Shown here: piece after piece, positions 28,269 through 32,000 of the stretch
How positions within the stretch are numbered: position 1 is the stretch's first letter
Layout of the letters: every line of letters starts with the position of its first letter
Assembly: GCA_021498095.1 (NCBI GenBank)
Contig: JAIZWK010000001.1
Span: 3,810,001 to 3,842,000 of the forward strand
Source: Candidatus Harpocratesius repetitus
GTDB taxonomy: Archaea; Asgardarchaeota; Lokiarchaeia; Sigyniarchaeales; Promethearchaeaceae
Direction of reading: 5' to 3'
DNA: 32,000 nt
Notes under the pieces: model-generated
Seen by the model: the letters and a program-made list of their open reading frames with translations, nothing else
The model's database searches: none
What the model was told of the DNA's origin: nothing
Position numbers and translations under genes: made by a program

Positions 28269-28610
28269 ATGGCGAAAAAAACAACAAAAAAGAAGAAAAA
28301 TCCAAATACTAAGCCAAAAACGACTACAAAAAAAAATATTAAAAATAGAACTAAACCAGCGGCTAAATCAAAAGGAAAAAGCAAACGAACATCTGCAAAA
28401 CAATCAAAAACATTCATCTCAAAAGCACCAATACGTAGATTAATGCGTGAAGAAGGTGCAAGATTGGTTAGTGATGACGCTTTAGCTATCTTGATTAAAA
28501 CTTTGGAAAAGCATGCAGTTGAAACCACCAAAAAAGCAATTGAAATCGTAAAAGATGATCGAAGGAAACGAATTACAGCCAAAGATATCACTTGGGCAAC
28601 TCGAGCATAG
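28269..28610 (+). CDS. Archaeal histone (HMf-like fold) with a long basic N-terminal tail
   Basis: Fold FISKAPIRRLMREEGARLVSDDA...AIEIVKDDRRKRITAKDI aligns by eye with HMfB LPIAPIGRII...GAERVSDDA...RHAGRKTIKAEDI. Residues 1-48 contain 18 K, 2 R and no D or E. Confidence 0.93.
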   Translation: MAKKTTKKKKNPNTKPKTTTKKNIKNRTKPAAKSKGKSKRTSAKQSKTFISKAPIRRLMREEGARLVSDDALAILIKTLEKHAVETTKKAIEIVKDDRRKRITAKDITWATRA

Positions 28611-28679
28611 AATTCAATCATTAAATTAACTCAGTCCGATTCAACAAGAACTACAAGCACTTGGTTGATAATATTTCAC

Positions 28680-28687
28680 TTTTTTTT
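28680..28687 (+). terminator. Oligo-T stretch, possible archaeal terminator of the histone gene
   Basis: T8 run about 70 nt after the histone stop. T-runs are common in this AT-rich DNA, so the evidence is weak. Confidence 0.35.
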
Positions 28688-28757
28688 CTTTATTGATTTA
28701 CAAATGTTACAAAAAATTCTATTATTTTCGTTTATTTTCTAAATAAGTGATTAATTT

Positions 28758-29177
28758 ATGCAAATTCGCAATTTTTCAATGGAATACTATCATCAAGTAT
28801 ATCAATTGTGGGAATTAGGAAATTTATCGCTCGGAATTTCCGACACACCTGAACAGATTCAACGTTTTGCAACCAAAAATCCCGATTTATTCTTAATTGG
28901 GCTCATTAATAATCGTGTTATTGGTGTAGTTATGGGTGCATTTGATGGTAGAAGGGGTTATGTTCATCACTTAGCAGTACATCCTGATTTTCAGAAACAA
29001 GGTATTGGAACGACTTTGATGAAGGAATTAATGACTCAGTTTCAAGCCCAACATGTTGAGAAGGTTCATTTATTTGTTGAACGTTCAAATGCAGATGTAA
29101 TTGCTTTCTATGAAAAATTAGGATGGTTTATTCGACATGATCTGGAAATGATGAGCATTATTGTAGTTACATCTTGA
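28758..29177 (+). CDS. GNAT-family N-acetyltransferase (YpeA-like)
   Basis: VIGVVMGAFDGRRGYVHHLAVHPDFQKQGIGTTLM (acetyl-CoA motif A, QxxGxG) and NADVIAFYEKLGW. Confidence 0.92.
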   Translation: MQIRNFSMEYYHQVYQLWELGNLSLGISDTPEQIQRFATKNPDLFLIGLINNRVIGVVMGAFDGRRGYVHHLAVHPDFQKQGIGTTLMKELMTQFQAQHVEKVHLFVERSNADVIAFYEKLGWFIRHDLEMMSIIVVTS

Positions 29178-29249
29178 TAATCTTTCTCAATAAATTCTGT
29201 ATTTATTACAAAAGCATAATCTTTTCAACTTTAAACGTAAAAAATATTT

Positions 29250-29762
29250 ATGAAGGTAAGGTGCGCTTGGTGTGGCAAAATTATTCAAGAAGATTTATCC
29301 AATCCAGATTACGCTCAAATTTCTCATGGAATCTGCCAAGAATGCATCTATAATTTAGAATATCACAAAATTCCTTTGCAAGATTTAATTGATTCATTAC
29401 AACCTCCCATTTTTATTATAAATGCTGAAGGAAAGATTGAAACTGCAAATAAAACAGCACAAATTGAAATTAATAAACCAATTTCAAAGATTGAAGGAAT
29501 GCTAGGAGGAGATGTAATTGAATGTGCATATGCAACCTTACCAGGTGGTTGTGGAAAAACAGAGCATTGTACTGGTTGTGGTATTCGCAATACTGTAAAT
29601 TATACATTTTCAACTGGAAAAGCTAAGCACGATGTAAAAGTTTACCAGTATCTTCAAACACCAAATGGTCAAAAGCGCGTTGAATTGACACTCAATACGG
29701 AAAAAGTAGGAAATTTAGTTTATTTACGGATTGATGGTCTATCTAAAATAGAATATGAATAA
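29250..29762 (+). CDS. Stand-alone Cys-rich PAS-domain protein with an N-terminal CxxC...HGxCxxC motif
   Basis: CAWC...SHGICQEC, then PAS-like LIDSLQPPIFIINAEGKIETAN and GDVIEC...GCGKTEHCTGCGIRN. No output domain. Confidence 0.75.
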   Translation: MKVRCAWCGKIIQEDLSNPDYAQISHGICQECIYNLEYHKIPLQDLIDSLQPPIFIINAEGKIETANKTAQIEINKPISKIEGMLGGDVIECAYATLPGGCGKTEHCTGCGIRNTVNYTFSTGKAKHDVKVYQYLQTPNGQKRVELTLNTEKVGNLVYLRIDGLSKIEYE

Positions 29763-29917
29763 AATATTTTAAAATTAATATAATAACTTAGTCGATCTTT
29801 ATCATAATTGATCATAACTAACTATCTAATTCAAGATAATAAACTAAACACATAACAAAGAGCGTAAATAAAGAATAAGAAAAAGCCTCAAAGAATGAAT
29901 AAAAAGAAATAAAATTA

Positions 29918-30020
29918 TGGGCCGACCCTGGATTGAACAGGGGACCTCCGCGATGTGAACGCGGCGTTTTAATGTCTTGCTGAATAATTCAACAAAATAT
30001 AACCACTAAACCATCGGCCC
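29918..30020 (-). tRNA. tRNA-Val(CAC) with a 30-nt intron in the D-arm (about 29969-29998)
   Basis: Acceptor stem GGGCCGA/UCGGCCC plus A73; anticodon stem CCGCG/CGCGG with loop UU-CAC-AU; variable loop AGGUC; T-arm CCCUG-UUCAAUC-CAGGG. Removing 30 nt after GGUUAU gives a normal 73-nt cloverleaf. Confidence 0.92.
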
Positions 30021-30044
30021 AATATTTTGATTAATAATAATTCG

Positions 30045-30055
30045 ATATATTAAAA
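30045..30055 (-). promoter_or_regulatory. TATA-like box upstream of tRNA-Val
   Basis: TTTTAATATAT lies about 25-35 nt upstream of G1 of the tRNA. Confidence 0.4.
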
Positions 30056-30060
30056 AAAAC

Positions 30061-30354
30061 TTAGTAATTTTCATTTACCAGCCATGAGACCGGGATCATC
30101 TGATAAGAACCATCAGGCATGCTACGACGGATTGTAATTGGTAGGACCTTCTTATCGAGTTCATAAGCGGCAATTTCAATTGGATCGGTTAATTCTGGAG
30201 GGATTTCTGTAAATGGACTTGCTTGGAAGCTGATCTGGAGCGCCCGAGCACCAATAATACGGGATCTTTCGTATCTGGTTATGAAAATGCTTCCTATTTT
30301 AATTTTTCGTTCCGCTTCTATATATTCCTCATATCTTTTTAAAGTTCGACTCAC
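30061..30354 (-). CDS. rpoK: DNA-directed RNA polymerase subunit Rpo6 (K/omega, RPB6 homolog)
   Basis: ITRYERSRIIGARALQIS...DPIEIAAYEL...LPITIRRSMPDG. GTG start. Confidence 0.97.
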   Translation of the reverse strand: MSRTLKRYEEYIEAERKIKIGSIFITRYERSRIIGARALQISFQASPFTEIPPELTDPIEIAAYELDKKVLPITIRRSMPDGSYQMIPVSWLVNENY

Positions 30355-30514
30355 GGTATATCATCCAAAATGTAGTAAGCAAATTAATCCGCCATATAAA
30401 AAAAATTTTTTGATTCTGGTGCATTTTTACTATTCAATTCCCTTTCAAAAAGAGAAAAGTGGGAATTGATTACTGCACCATGAAATTATTTTAGGTGGGA
30501 AGCTTTAGATTTTT

Positions 30515-31360
30515 ATGGAATGGACTCGGAAAAAAATCCTTATGACAATTCTTTTTGTAGCGATTCTGATTTTATCTGTTGTTGTAATGTATTTTGTTAT
30601 TGTGGATGAAACCTTTTTATTTCGAATTATCAGGGAATATTTTATTTTACCTTTATTACGAATTGGTCCTTGGGCTGCAATTGTCTTTTTGTTTCTAATG
30701 GTAATGCAAAGTTTAATTGCTCCAATTCCTTCAGAATTGATTTTATTGTCAGGTGCCATGATTTTTGGATTCTTATGGGGAACTGTTTTGGGTGTTATTG
30801 GCTCTATATTGAGTGGAACAATTACGTATTATGTATCCAAGCAAGGAGGAAGGACTTTACTTGAAGCAGCAGGGGAAAAAATGTCAATGGCACAAAGAAT
30901 GATAGTTATCATGGATGAATGGATTGAAAAATGGGGTATTTGGGCAATTATTGTAGGTCGTGCTGTGCCTGTTATTATGTTTGATCCAGTGTCTTATGCT
31001 GCTGGTATATCGAATATTAAAGCAAAACCTTATACAATAGCCACTGCAATTGGATCAATCCCAAGAGCTTTATTTTTCTCATTTTTAGGTATGAATTTAC
31101 TCGGAGGGCATAACCCAAGTTATATAGCTCAACTTTCTCAAGCTGAAATTACTTCTGCATCAAGCCAATTTAACACAATTTTCTTTGTAATTTTTGGAGT
31201 ACTGGTTGCTATGCTTGTGTTTGCCAATATTTTGTCTTATATGCGTGAACGGGCAAAGAATAAAGAGATTGAAACTCAACCTAAAGATGAAGAAAACAAT
31301 CCTCATCTGTTAGTTGAAAATTATAGAAAGACCAACCAAACAAAAGAAGAAATTAAATAA
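30515..31360 (+). CDS. DedA/VTT (TVP38/TMEM64, SNARE_assoc) family membrane protein
   Basis: APIPSELILLSGAMIFG, YYVSKQGGR, IVGRAVPVIMFDPVSYAAG and TAIGSIPRA. Confidence 0.93.
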   Translation: MEWTRKKILMTILFVAILILSVVVMYFVIVDETFLFRIIREYFILPLLRIGPWAAIVFLFLMVMQSLIAPIPSELILLSGAMIFGFLWGTVLGVIGSILSGTITYYVSKQGGRTLLEAAGEKMSMAQRMIVIMDEWIEKWGIWAIIVGRAVPVIMFDPVSYAAGISNIKAKPYTIATAIGSIPRALFFSFLGMNLLGGHNPSYIAQLSQAEITSASSQFNTIFFVIFGVLVAMLVFANILSYMRERAKNKEIETQPKDEENNPHLLVENYRKTNQTKEEIK

Positions 31361-31414
31361 TGATTAAATGAAAAGAGAAAATAAATCTATTGAAAAAATA
31401 AATCTATTGATAAA

Positions 31415-31996
31415 ATGAAAAATCTTAAACAACCTATTCCATATGGACAATATCCATCTGAAGAAATTCGATTGAAAAATGGAAAAAAAGCAATTATTCG
31501 GTTATTTAAAAAAGCAGATTTAGAAGGAATATGGAAAAATTTTAACGATGTTGTAGAAGAAGGAATTTATTTACCAGTATATACACCTGTAAAAACAGAA
31601 TGGGAGCGAATTTCATGGTATCATGATATTCGAGATGAAGGAAATATATGTGTAGTAGCGGAGAACCCATCAGAGTCTGCTCCGAAAAATATCATAGGTC
31701 AATTAACGATTGAACATATCCCATGGGAAGCTGCAGCGCATGTTGGTCAATTAGGCATTATTGTCCAAAATCAATATCGAAATCAAGGAATAGGCTATAA
31801 ATTAATTCAATATGCTGCAAAATTAGCCCGACTAATTGGAAAACAAAAACTCATTCTTAGTACATTTACTTCCAACAAAATGGCAATTCATCTTTATAAT
31901 AAATGCGGATTTCAGTCAGTAGGAATTTATCGTCATCAGTATTTTGTTAATGACAGATTTCAAGATGAATTGATGATGGAATGGTTTCTTGACTAA
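31415..31996 (+). CDS. GNAT-family N-acetyltransferase (RimJ/RimL-like)
   Basis: HVGQLGIIVQNQYRNQGIGYKLI, NKMAIHLYNKCGF and DELMMEWFL. Confidence 0.9.
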   Translation: MKNLKQPIPYGQYPSEEIRLKNGKKAIIRLFKKADLEGIWKNFNDVVEEGIYLPVYTPVKTEWERISWYHDIRDEGNICVVAENPSESAPKNIIGQLTIEHIPWEAAAHVGQLGIIVQNQYRNQGIGYKLIQYAAKLARLIGKQKLILSTFTSNKMAIHLYNKCGFQSVGIYRHQYFVNDRFQDELMMEWFLD

Positions 31997-32000
31997 AATC

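Noticed and set aside
28247-28621. 124-aa minus-strand hydrophobic ORF
   Set aside because: Antisense to the histone gene; its Phe-rich end mirrors the Lys tail.
5556-31000. Remaining short nested or antisense ORFs (e.g. 5556-5840, 6279-6491, 16040-16234, 16391-16759, 19797-20222, 25644-25844, 29363-29590, 30505-30759)
   Set aside because: They overlap well-supported genes and show shadow-ORF composition.
1-32000. CRISPR array, IS/transposase, integrase, prophage or rRNA
   Set aside because: No regularly spaced repeat-spacer units, no recombinase or transposase motifs and no rRNA-like sequence were seen. The tRNA is not flanked by an integrase or an obvious att duplication in this window.

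Overview
AT-rich, gene-dense archaeal chromosomal segment, most likely from an Asgard archaeon (Lokiarchaeia-like). This taxonomy is an inference from the archaeal-type AlaRS, TFB, Rpo6, Hef, the FISKAPIRRLM-type histone, an intron-containing tRNA and many long coiled-coil or membrane orphans. No rRNA, CRISPR array, transposase or integrase was seen. Recognisable genes: alaS, a TFB paralog, hef (FANCM-like helicase-nuclease), a histone, rpoK/rpo6, tRNA-Val(CAC), a JAMM/MPN+ metalloprotease, a HEAT-repeat protein, a class-III aminotransferase, an SDR, a PHP hydrolase, two GNATs, a Cys-rich PAS protein, a DedA/VTT protein and a DUF202 protein. Best leads: (1) a histone with a 48-aa Lys/Thr/Ser-rich N-terminal tail, encoded head-to-head with Hef (recalling eukaryotic FANCM-MHF) and followed by a GNAT acetyltransferase; (2) an unannotated 158-nt multi-hairpin element with alternative folds at 8729-8886, and a second hairpin element at 18371-18476; (3) a 30-nt non-canonical D-arm intron in tRNA-Val; (4) an intact JAMM protease with AMSH-like motifs; (5) a 1041-aa protein ending in a 10x15-bp H1-like lysine repeat; (6) a membrane-anchored coiled coil with 98-residue periodicity. 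All family calls come from motif recognition by eye; no database searches were run.
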